A stretch of 64,000 nt of DNA from Chlorokybus atmophyticus (taxonomy: Eukaryota > Plantae > Mesostigma and Chlorokybus algae): NCBI GenBank assembly GCA_009103225.1, contig RHPI01001037.1, positions 907,982 to 971,981 on the forward strand. Reading direction: 5' to 3'. Below, piece by piece: positions 13,398 to 24,433 of the stretch. How positions within the stretch are numbered: the first letter of the stretch is position 1; each line of letters opens with the position of its first letter. The notes under the pieces are model-generated. The model searched no databases. It saw only the letters and a list, made by a program, of their open reading frames with translations, and was not told where the DNA came from. Position numbers and translations under genes: made by a program.

Positions 13398-15041
13398 GCT
13401 GCAGAGCGAACAAAGCCTCATTGTTTGCATGCAATTGCACTCATCACAGTGACAATTTGTCAGTTGTTGAAGCTGTGATGTATGCAGCGTAGGCAATGCT
13501 GTGCAGATGTCAGGTCGCTACGCGAGAGATCTCAATTTGCGGACATGGATGCGTTTGCGGACATGCGCATACACATACTACTACTCTGCCTACACACGCA
13601 TACCTGCGCGCGCACCTGCACCAACAAGCGCGCCCACACGCACACATACATGCACACGGACGCATATGCACACAAAAGGAACGCATTCGTACATTTCCAC
13701 GTGCACGCGCGCACCAACAGACAACTACCCGTTGCCATCATATGCACAAATCAAATGCTCGTGCATTTGCTGTGCTAAAATCGCTGCTTGGCAAGCACGC
13801 AACTGCAGTGTGAAGGCACGTCTATCAGGATGTCAGCATCACACAATGCTCAACGCGCCTTGCCAACAGCTCCTTGCCTCGGCTGGCTTCTCAACAGCAC
13901 ACGAGCTTCAGAACGGCTTCGAAAGCATCCCAGCTAGACACCAGACCAGCTGCTCGGATCCACAGCTCAGTCGGCCTGCCCACTTGGCTTCATTGGCAGC
14001 AGCCCCAAGCACAGCGACAAGCCAAACAAGCACAACCCCAAGCAGATCCTCGCCGAGCCTCCGCCCGCACCCGCCGCCGCCACCACCGCCGCTGCAATGC
14101 GCAATGGTAGCATGAGCGAACAACTGCTCCTCTTTGCAGCTGTGGCAGCGGCGGCAGCAGGGTTGGTATGGTTCTGCATTGGGGAGGTATGGGCAAGGCG
14201 GCACTTGGGGCTTTGCTTGTAACAGGTGTGGTCAGACACCTTGAGGCTGCAGCTGGTGCGGGAGGCTGCAAGTAAGCTACTTACTTCAACTTGGCGTATG
14301 CTACACAATGACAATGCTGCCCATATAGCTAAGCTGGCTTGTGGTATTGCCCGTGTTGCATGTACTAGCGAGTCAGTCATCTTGCGTACGTATTGCGTGT
14401 GTCTAGCTACAGCAGCAGGAAGCTTGTCAGCTGTCCAGTCAACAGGGAGTTGCCCACCATAGCGCCTCCCAGAGAGCGCACGGGTAGGAGCTACTGGTTT
14501 GGGAGAGTCGTGCGCTGATTGGCAAACAATGTATTCTGAAAGTTGAACTTCTTGCACGACTGCATTTCATATGTGACGCTTGTTCATGGCCTTCAAGTGG
14601 TTACTACTTGCACGCGAGTGGCAGCTGCAGATGAGCAACACTACACCAGCTGCGAGCTACTACTGTGTGTATTTAGCAGATGTTGAGTTAAGTCAAGGGT
14701 TTCTTGAAAGGAATGCGGAGAATTGGTAACCAATGTGGGCGAAATGTGAGGATTATTTATGCCAAGTGACTGGTTGTTCAAGCTTTGACAATAACAGTCA
14801 CGTGCCTGAAGGTGTCCGTCTGTATGCACCAAGTTCGTTTATCTCTGCATAGCCGCCAGCAGCTACATACCTTGAGTTGACTTGGGCGGTTATGAACTGC
14901 GCAATCTGGCACAACGTTTGCCCAATCACGTATACTTTGCAGTTGTCTCAAGCCATAATCTCCCACTCCATGTGTGCCGCTTCCTCCTCTTCAGCCATGC
15001 AATCGTTAATGCGCGGGGGAAGAGGGGGGACAGGGGGGGGG

Positions 15042-15567
15042 NNNNNNNNNNNNNNNNNNNNNNNNNNNNNNNNNNNNNNNNNNNNNNNNNNNNNNNNNNN
15101 NNNNNNNNNNNNNNNNNNNNNNNNNNNNNNNNNNNNNNNNNNNNNNNNNNNNNNNNNNNNNNNNNNNNNNNNNNNNNNNNNNNNNNNNNNNNNNNNNNNN
15201 NNNNNNNNNNNNNNNNNNNNNNNNNNNNNNNNNNNNNNNNNNNNNNNNNNNNNNNNNNNNNNNNNNNNNNNNNNNNNNNNNNNNNNNNNNNNNNNNNNNN
15301 NNNNNNNNNNNNNNNNNNNNNNNNNNNNNNNNNNNNNNNNNNNNNNNNNNNNNNNNNNNNNNNNNNNNNNNNNNNNNNNNNNNNNNNNNNNNNNNNNNNN
15401 NNNNNNNNNNNNNNNNNNNNNNNNNNNNNNNNNNNNNNNNNNNNNNNNNNNNNNNNNNNNNNNNNNNNNNNNNNNNNNNNNNNNNNNNNNNNNNNNNNNN
15501 NNNNNNNNNNNNNNNNNNNNNNNNNNNNNNNNNNNNNNNNNNNNNNNNNNNNNNNNNNNNNNNNNNN
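15042..15567. other. Assembly gap flanked by G-runs
   Basis: N run in the sequence. Confidence 0.99.
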
Positions 15568-16927
15568 GGGGGGGGGGAGGGGGCGCTTATCTTCACCTTT
15601 TTCTTGGTATCATGCCCCAGCACAGCTGTTCAGGCATAATCTCTGCGCGCTGCATTAAGGCTGCAGCGCACGACCACCACTGCTGTCACCGGTGCTACTC
15701 TGATGCAAGTCCTCACAAAGTCACAGGTGAGCACAGCTTACAAGGGTTGCTGAACTTAAAGCTCATTGTCTCGTTGTGTCATCCTCGAGGCGTGGTGCTT
15801 GCGGCCAATAAAGAGGTGAGGCAAAGTTCAACAAACGAGCGGTGGTTGTGCCGCTGTCATATCCTGAACTTCAGCTGATCTGAAGTGAGCAGCGCGGAGC
15901 AAGTTCTACATCAACACGCACTGAGCATGTGCGTGCACTAGACTACCTGCAGTCTGTGCGTGTTCCTGGCCACCATTGGCCGTCCTCCTTCGCTTCCATC
16001 TATCACCCCGAATAATCAGCATCAATGTCTATCACACAAAGGGGCTTCAAACACGTGCACGTTTGGTTGACGTTTCTCTGTTGCACCGTGGAGCCTATGA
16101 CTTGCACTGGAGCGCAGTCAGCTATACTATGCATGTTGTGAGCTGCAACTGGTTCTCGGGTGAAGGAAGTGCAGTGCTCGCGAGCAAGAGGCTTGTGTCA
16201 AAGCTACTACTACCAGTACTCGTCTTGCTCGACAGTGGTGAAGCTCACATGCTGGACATGCATGCGTGGTGGGATGGACTGTTCACTGCAGGTGCAATGG
16301 ATGACGGTAGAGCTACTGTTGTGTTGTGCGACACCAACTGTGGTAAATGTCATATATTGGTTGGCATGCACATGACTGATGATGTAAGGTGATCATCGCC
16401 TGCCAGTGAGCTGGCTGTGTGGGCAATGGGCAGGCTGGTGACAGAGCTCAAAGCAGCATCCCAATGCAATACAGATATACATGCACGAGTTCCCGCGCTC
16501 TCATGCACGTACGCACAAACTGGTAACTTAGCTGACATCATTACTTGTTTGTGCACGTTGCCATGGTGTGCGCTGCATGTTTGCTTGCATGCACACCTGA
16601 AGACAGAGCGCTCGCTGACTTATGTACGCGCGCGCTGTGCATGGCACTCAGTAAACACCACCGATCGCCTTAAAGTTGGAATGGCATTGCAGCGGATGAC
16701 AGATAATACTGTGGGACAACAGGGCACGCATACGTGAGCACATGCGCATACAGCCACCTGCCTGCATGTACGCATTCGCACCCATGCGCCCGCGTACATG
16801 GTCGCTTATGCGGATACAGATGCGCAGGTACGCACGCATACACAATTATACTGACACAAGTGCGCAAACATCAATCGCTGCAAGTTGTGATGTTATGTGA
16901 AACACCCAAATCCCCAGCTCATATCAC

Positions 16928-17110
16928 CTAAGCACGTTTGCATTCAACTAGCAAGTTTCTAACATTCCAAAAGTCCTTATCGGGTAGGTACCAGCGCGCC
17001 TCATGCAAGACAAAGGCAACCTTGTCCGGGTCGGCAACCGTTTCCTGAACTTGCTTGAAGTAAAGGACTAGCTTCTTCTGCGGAGTAGTAGCCGGGAATG
17101 TGCAGGGCTG
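16928..17110 (-). pseudogene. 3' fragment of an F-box paralogue (array copy 2), C-terminus only
   Basis: KKLVLYFKQVQETVADPDKVAFVLHEARWYLPDKDFWNVRNLLVECKRA* aligns with copy 1 KLTLVLKLQVDDDPNVGVYVLESSVW...WSFKSSLVECRRAY*. Confidence 0.7.
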
Positions 17111-17810
17111 TGGTGATATAGATGTGCGCCTTGTAGCAATCCGTGTTACGCTCATTTTGATAGCTAACTAGCTTGCCAGTGGCTGTCTTAGGCGATGCAG
17201 GCTTGAGCGGCGGCATTGCAGCTGGCAGCAGGGGTGCAGGTAGGCTTACTTCTGCATGCGTTGGTGACAGCTCAGCGAGGCATGCGCTGCGTCGACATGG
17301 TTTGGTTTGGGAGGAGGTGCGGCAGCCAGGCGTAAGCTGCCACAGGTCTTTGGCAAGGTTGGTGAGCATCTTGCTTAGCTCAGAACGGATTCAACTTGAT
17401 GAGCGTAGCTACAACAGCATGCAGCCAAGCCAATGGTCAAGGTTGTGTATTGGCTGTTACTTTGTGGCAATCTTTCAGTACGCAACAAACGGCACTTAGA
17501 GCGTGCGTGTACGCAGTGCTAGACAGCACGGTGGTTTTGTAGGCGTGTTGCAGCAGCTTTGTGTGGTAACAGCAGTAGCATGGTAGCAGTAGTAGCAGGT
17601 TTAGAAAACAGCTGTAGTTGCAGCGGTAGCTGCTGCAGTGGGTGGCATGGACAAGCAGTGTGGCCATACTAGCAGCAGCAGGGACGACAGTTGTGAGACG
17701 AGTTCCAGTTTGCAGTAGAACGCTGTCTGTGTTACAAGATGCTGGCAAACAATACTAGGTCGTCTTCCATGCTCAGGACTATACTAAACCATTGTGCGTT
17801 GAAGTCCTGT

Positions 17811-18003
17811 GGCAACGTGCATGGCGCTCAGTGCTCAGCACCCAATTGAAGCTGGGAGTATTGCAGCAGAAGACAGCTGATGTTGAGAGGAGACAAGCAT
17901 GCCTGTGGCAATGTGCATGGCGCTCCGTGCTTGCAGCACCCAATTGAAGCCGGAAGTATTGCAGCAGAAGACAGCTGTTCTCGAGAGGAGACAAGCATGC
18001 CTG
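17811..18003. repeat. 95-bp tandem duplication in the 3' flank of F-box copy 3
   Basis: ggcaa.gtgcatggcgctc...gacaagcatgcctg starts at 17811 and again at 17906. Confidence 0.9.
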
Positions 18004-18154
18004 CACACACATGGCCGCATTTGCACCAATGCATGCTCGCACGTGCACACTCGCTTGCACACAACCATACACGGGCACGCACACACAGCATATGCCGATT
18101 CTTGTTGTCATGATGATGCAAGCATGTCGACGCAAGCATAACTTCAACTCCTGC

Positions 18155-18875
18155 TTAAGCACGTCTTCCTTCAGTCAGAAAGCGTCTGAAATGCGACATG
18201 TAGTCATCAATCAGTTCCAGGCCCCAAGCCGCACGTTGCATGACCCTGACAGCCAGATTTGGGTCATCATCTAGCCTTCGAATCACAAATATCACAGTAA
18301 GCTCTCCTGAGAAACAGTGGTTGCCGGCGGAGTTTATCAATTGAATAGGAATGGACACCCAACACAAGGCCCGCAATGCACTCCTGAGCCGTTGGGATGC
18401 AGCAGCTCACCATGTTGTGCGGGTGAAAGAATGGGTCAAAGACTGCAGTGCTTCAGCCGTGTCCGGAATGACAATGTAGTCCCAATCGCTGACGTGCTAC
18501 TCGCGAATGAAATCCCCACATTCCTCATCCCAAGGCTCATCAGAAACTGGCACGAGCAGGTTAAGTCCACTGTAGTTAGCCATGATGAAGGCCACCACAC
18601 GAAGATCTGCATGCCGGTTTTCGGGCACGGATGCGCCCCATCTCCGCATAATAGAAACGCACATGAGCCTTAAGCAGTGGGAGGTCCGGCCACCACGACT
18701 GCTAGTACTCCTCAACATCATCGGCTGCGTGCTTCCACAGCTTGTTGACGCATCGGACGCCCGCGCCATCTTGTGGACTTGGGAAGCTAATTATCACACC
18801 CACCAGATCGTCGTTGTCCATAACTTGTGCCAATAACGCTGCATGGGCCGGCCTGTCCGCTTGTGGCGTCTGCAT
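18155..18875 (-). pseudogene. F-box paralogue (array copy 3) with premature stops and an internal deletion
   Basis: MQTPQADRPAHAALLAQVMDNDDLVGVIISFPSPQDGAGVRCVNKLWKHAADDVEEY* has TAG where copy 1 has TAC. Downstream AFIMANYSGLNLLVP and LDDDPN...FRRFLTEGRRA* remain recognisable. Confidence 0.8.
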
Positions 18876-21545
18876 GCTGCAGAAGCAAGCAGAGTGTAAA
18901 TGTCTGCACTGACTTGCTTGCAACGGCAAAACCAGGTTTTGTTTGTGAGTCTCCATTATGTGCAGCGCAGGCAATGCAGTGCGGGGATGGTAGCTGACTT
19001 TGCGACACGATTAAACATGCACACATGCATGCGCACGCACGCACGCATACACACGCAAGCGCACTCATACACGACCCACAAGAGCGCGCACGCACACACG
19101 CACAAGTGCATTCACGCACATGCACCAACAACCATTTGGTATGCGTTGTCGTGAAATGAACAAGCAGTAGCAACATGAAATGAACAGGCAACGCTTCGCG
19201 AATCTGCTGTTGCTACAACGGCAAGCAGGCGCTTGCAGCGTGAATGCCGCCTTTTGCAAGAGTGTCAGCATCACACAATGCTCAACGCATGCTCAACACC
19301 AGCAGCCTAGCTTCTCAGCAGCACATGAGCTTCATAACGTGCCTCCTAGGCGTACTAGCGTACTGCTCTGCTGCTTCGCACCTCACGCGGCCTGCCCTAA
19401 GCGAGCGGCACACATGGCATCATTACTAACAACAGCACCAAGCAGAGCTAGAAGCTTCATCTGCAAGACAACCCCACGCCGCTCCCCGCAGAGTCTCCGC
19501 CCACACCTACCGCCGCCGACAGTGCGTGGCCACACTGCAGTATGGACACTGTGTGCACCTTCTTGTTGGCGGCGGGCGGCGGCAGCAGGTTGGGGAAGCA
19601 TCACCTATCTTGACACAGGCGTGGTGTGGGCAAGGCTCCGTGTGGACTCGGTGCTCGTTCGAGGGTGCGGCCAGCCTTGTGCAACAGGCACAAGGCTGCA
19701 GCAGCTCTTGCCGGCTGCAGGTAAGCTTCCAAACTTGGCCTCTGTTAGCTTGCTTCGCACACTGCTCTGTGTGTGTAGCGGCAGGCGAGGCTTGCCGCTC
19801 TAAGAAAACATGCCAGATGCAGTGATAACAGAGCCAGCAAGTGCTTTCAACGAACCTTTCAACCTTCAAACAAAGCCCACTGCTAGAATTACTGCCCTGA
19901 TCCCTAGTCCTGGCCTCAATCCTGCTAGCAGCTGTTAGATACTGGACAGGCGACGAGTTCTTTGGGCTGCGTGACATCTTGAATCACAAGCTGAGTGTGA
20001 TATGACTGTGCAACGGGCACAGCGCTCAAGTGCGCAATGCTTGTCTGTTTCAGTGCAAGCTGCATATCAGCATGTTTTTTTGTGCAGCTTGCAGTAAAAT
20101 ATAGCCAGTGTCGTTAAACATGTTCACTTGCAGCATGTGAGTATCTCTCTTTTCACCAATTGCCGCCCTCCTCAGCGCTGTTCTAACCATTGTTCAGCGC
20201 GAGCCTCACTGTGACACAGAGAGCGCCTGGTTGGAAGATATTGGCATTCTTGAGGTATATGACACATGCGCCGCTGTTGGCTGGCTGCTTAAGGTGTAGT
20301 CTGCAGAACCGCCAGAGCTGCACTTGCAAGTATTGGAGTCGGCCGTGTAGTTCATGTAATGTGCGCACACTGGCTAGCACTATACGGAGCTGAGTATTGT
20401 GTACACAAGATGCAACGGAGATGTCATGCATGCAAGGCCACCATACACATGGCATGCACACATCATGTGACATTGCACTCAACCACGCATGCAATCATAC
20501 ATACACAACCACCGGGCTATAAACAATGCACTCACTGCCTCATTCCTACGCCTAGCGCTTATCTACCTACTCACCACCCCCGTCAGTCATGCATGCATGC
20601 TGGTTAGAGTCCGATAATTACCTGTGCAACACTTGTACTTGGACAGCTTGCAATGTCCTGTACCGAGGTGGTGAGTACCTCTGCTTGCCTAGTTGCGCAA
20701 CTGCTCCCTTGCATCCGCGTGCCTACCATTGTTTGCTTGCACACATAGCCACCAAACAACCCTCTCGATTGCTGATTGACATGTACGGGTTGATTATATG
20801 TAAACGGCAAAGCGTTTGTTGTGCGTCGGGTGCTGTGAGGCTTACCATACATGCAACCCTATGTGCGATTGGGGACCCCCCTATCACACCCACGGATTTT
20901 GGGGACGGCGGTTTTAAGAGGGGGGGGGGGACACTCTGTTCAAGTAACCACGGAACCATAACCGCGCACAAGTCACTAGCATTTTCAATGAACATACTCA
21001 TAACATGTGAGCCTTGAAATGCTTGTTGCTATTGTTATTGGATGTCCACGTACACTCTGCATTGCACTCCAAGCGCACTGTAACGTCATATGTACTGTGG
21101 TTGACGTACTCACAATCACTACCACAAAAGGTTAAAAGAATTACATAAGGTACCCCACCGCGATGTTGAAGTCCGCTGCGGGAATGACAAGTTTGCAGCT
21201 GCAGTGACACATTTCGCCATGTCAATTTGCTCATTTTAGCGTTGCTCATACAGGTAAGGTGTTGCCTGCCTGGCTGCTTTCACTCTTGCTTGGCGTGCTG
21301 CTGTGGGGCTTCTTGTTGCTGTTCAACTGATAGCAAGTGGCACGCGCCTGCCACATGACACAATTGCAATGTGTGTATCATGGTCATTGGATGAGCTCAC
21401 ATTAGTTGGCTACCAAGCCATGCAACAACTGACATGTGATAGCGTACGTTGCTCGTGTACGTGACATTATCATTCGAAAGCGCCTTTAGGCACGCAGTGG
21501 TGTGGTTGTCAATGGACCTATGCGATGTACAGCTGCCATCTCTCC

Positions 21546-22339
21546 TCAAGAAGCGCGTCTGCATTTTGTCACAAAGCGTTTGAAACGCCACATCCAATCA
21601 CATCCAATGCCCCGGTACGTGTGCTTGTAGACAAAAATAATTGCGTTCGGTTCGTCGAGCCTCTGAACTTGCTTGAACAACAATTTAAGCCTTCCTGCAC
21701 AGTAGTAGCTTCGCGACCGATTTGGGATAGGGATGTCCACCTCGTAACGAACCGTGCTCGTGCCGTCTTCAGCAATAAAACATGGGTGCTGGTAGAAGCA
21801 CACCGGGGTCTGATGTACGTGCAGCAACTCGCCATCTGCAACTCGCAAAATGAAGATATCGAGGATGATGTGCTCAGCAATAGAACAGGCGAAATTTCGC
21901 AGCGCCGCAACCGAGCCTGTTGTAACGAGGTGGTCCCCGTCATTCAGGTATTGACTAATGAAGTCCTGGTTGCACTCCATGTCCCGTAGCTCAGCCTTGT
22001 ATGATATAAACAGGTTGTGACAGTTGTACTTTGCCATGATGAAGGCCATATGGTTAAGCTTAAGCTTAAGGCTTGGGTACAGCGAAAGAAAAGCGTGCCA
22101 GCTCCCGGTAGCACAAACGCACATGCGCCCTTAGTCGTGCGTGGTTTGGCCAGCACCGCTGATAATACTCATCCTCAACATCGTCGACGGCGTGCCTCCA
22201 CAACTTGTTGACGCATTGGACCCGCGCGCCGTCTTTGGACTCAGGAACTTGACAATCGAATGCACCAGATCGCCAGTGTCCACAACTTGTGCAGATAAAG
22301 CTGCATTGGCCTGCCCGTCCACACGTGGTCTCCTGTGTG
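21546..22339 (-). pseudogene. F-box paralogue (array copy 4), start codon lost and a 1-bp frameshift within the F-box
   Basis: Acceptor is followed by cacacag instead of catgcag. Frameshift near 22230 (FLSPK then shifted RVQCVNKLWRHAVDDVEDEYY). The C-terminal domain is open (AFIMAKY...DGELLHV...VTKCRRAS*). Confidence 0.8.
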
Positions 22340-22973
22340 CTGCAGAAGCAAAGAGAGCATCAAGGTCTGCACATACACTTATTGCAGCGACACAATCAAG
22401 TTGTCAGTTTGTCAACTCAACACGTGCAGCGCAGGCAATACAGTGCAGATGGTAGATGACAGTTTGCGAGGCAATTGCGCTGACACACACACACACACAC
22501 GCACGCACGCACACGTGCGCCACATTTGCACGCACATTTGCACAAGCCAAAACACGAATCAACAACCAGTTGTTATGCCTTGAAATGAGAAAAACAAGCA
22601 AGCAAGTCGAGTCTTCGTTCATTTGCTGTCCTACAACGGCTGCTTGGCAAGCACTTGCTGTATGAAGCACCCTTTACGCGGTCTCCGCGACAACTCTAAC
22701 TGATGTGCTGCCCTGACGCATGATGATGTTGTGTAGTGGTGATGCGCGTGAGTAGGTGTGCATATGCTACGTAGGTATGCTGTACTGCTAGCCCACCAAA
22801 CCCATGCGTCTCCATGTCAACACTTCGTTCATTTACCACACTGTCAGCACGCACAGCATCTCAGTGCTCAACGCTCCATGTCACCACGTCCAGCTGCTTG
22901 CCTCGCCTCGCCTGGCTCACCAGCACATGAGCTTCAGAGCGGCTTCGGTAGTGCCCCCCCCCCCCCCCCCCCC

Positions 22974-23156
22974 NNNNNNNNNNNNNNNNNNNNNNNNNNN
23001 NNNNNNNNNNNNNNNNNNNNNNNNNNNNNNNNNNNNNNNNNNNNNNNNNNNNNNNNNNNNNNNNNNNNNNNNNNNNNNNNNNNNNNNNNNNNNNNNNNNN
23101 NNNNNNNNNNNNNNNNNNNNNNNNNNNNNNNNNNNNNNNNNNNNNNNNNNNNNNNN
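22974..23156. other. Assembly gap inside a poly-C insertion that is absent from the paralogous copy-1 flank
   Basis: Copy 1 has ggcttcg-14 nt-agacaccagacc (about 13915-13950). Here the matching anchors enclose poly-C, N and poly-C. Confidence 0.85.
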
Positions 23157-24433
23157 CCCCCCCCCCCCCCCCCGCCCTCCGGGTTGGACACAAGACCAGC
23201 TGCGGTACTCAGCAGCTCAGCCGGCCTGTACTAAGCGATGCCCTTGCGTTTGAAGCACAGCTGGAAGACTGAAAAGGCAGCAGAATAACCACAAGCAGCT
23301 CCTTACCGAGCGTCCGCCCACACCTGCCGCCGCCGCTGCACACAATGCGCAAGTGCTGCACTGTAGCCTCTGTGCTTGTGTGCAGCTGCGGCGGTATGCG
23401 CAAGGAGGCGTTACTGACCGGTGCAGTGCAGGTCGTCGGAGAGGCTGCGGCTAAGCTGCTGTTCTGGCGTGTGTTAGCTTCGCCTTCTGAGCAGTTAGGC
23501 TACGCTGGCTTCTGGTAGTGTTCTTTGTGATAAGTGAGTTTGGTAGCTTTATTTTTCAGTTTGCTAGCTTGCTTCGCACGCAGCAGGCGAAGCTTCTCAG
23601 CTCCAGACCACAATAGAACCAAAGGCTTATTGCTCTAGGATAGTAGTTACCTCAGCGTCTTTCCCAGAGAGCGCACTGGTAGGAGCTACTGGTTTGGTGG
23701 CAGACCCTTGTGCTGGTCGACAGACAAAGCACTCTGAGTGTTGCACTTGTTGCAACCTACATCTACTCTGTGACACGCTTGTGTGTGGCCTTCAAGGTGT
23801 GCACTACTTGCAAGCTGTAAGTGCGCACAGCTGCACATAAGCTTGTAACCCTTTGTGGTCTGCACATGTTGAGGACAATGTGAGCGTGAATGACGGATGA
23901 CGGTGGTGAAAACAGTTACCATACACAAGAGTACTTGAATAAACACCAGCACATTCTACACACAGCAACTTTGGTTTTCAACTAAGAGCATATGACAACA
24001 TGAGTACAAGACAGAGTTTTCTCGGAGAAGGTGATGCAAGCTTGGTCCATCGAAGTTAACCAATTATGTAACAACTGGGCACATCGCTTGTAACGGGGAT
24101 TGACAGTTGAGGAATGTGAACATATGAATGACCAGAAGCACTAAGGTTTGATACATCCAAGTCGAATAGCAGCGTTGTAAAGTTTTTGCTGCAGTGGTTA
24201 GCGGGATTAGTGTCAGCCCCTTGTATTCATGTTAATGCTATGTGTTGCATAGCACGTGCGAGTTGAGTGCTTTATTTGTGTGGTACACTTCGCGAGCGTT
24301 TTAAGCTAGCGGGTGGCATGTGAGTTCAAAACCGCTCATGGTGGCGCCACATCCAATAAAGACATGCAACATGGCCTAGCTCTAAGTCGCGCCCTTCAAT
24401 ACCAGGACACCAATGTACAATTGTGTATGTATC

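Noticed and set aside
14700-15000. Exon-like minus-strand segment (MAEEEEAAHMEWEIMA*...) with GT/AG signals
   Set aside because: It has an in-frame stop, no recognisable family, and is truncated by the gap.
14877-15878. Long ORFs spanning N runs (also 22758-23253 and 49918-50939)
   Set aside because: They are open only because N codons contain no stops.
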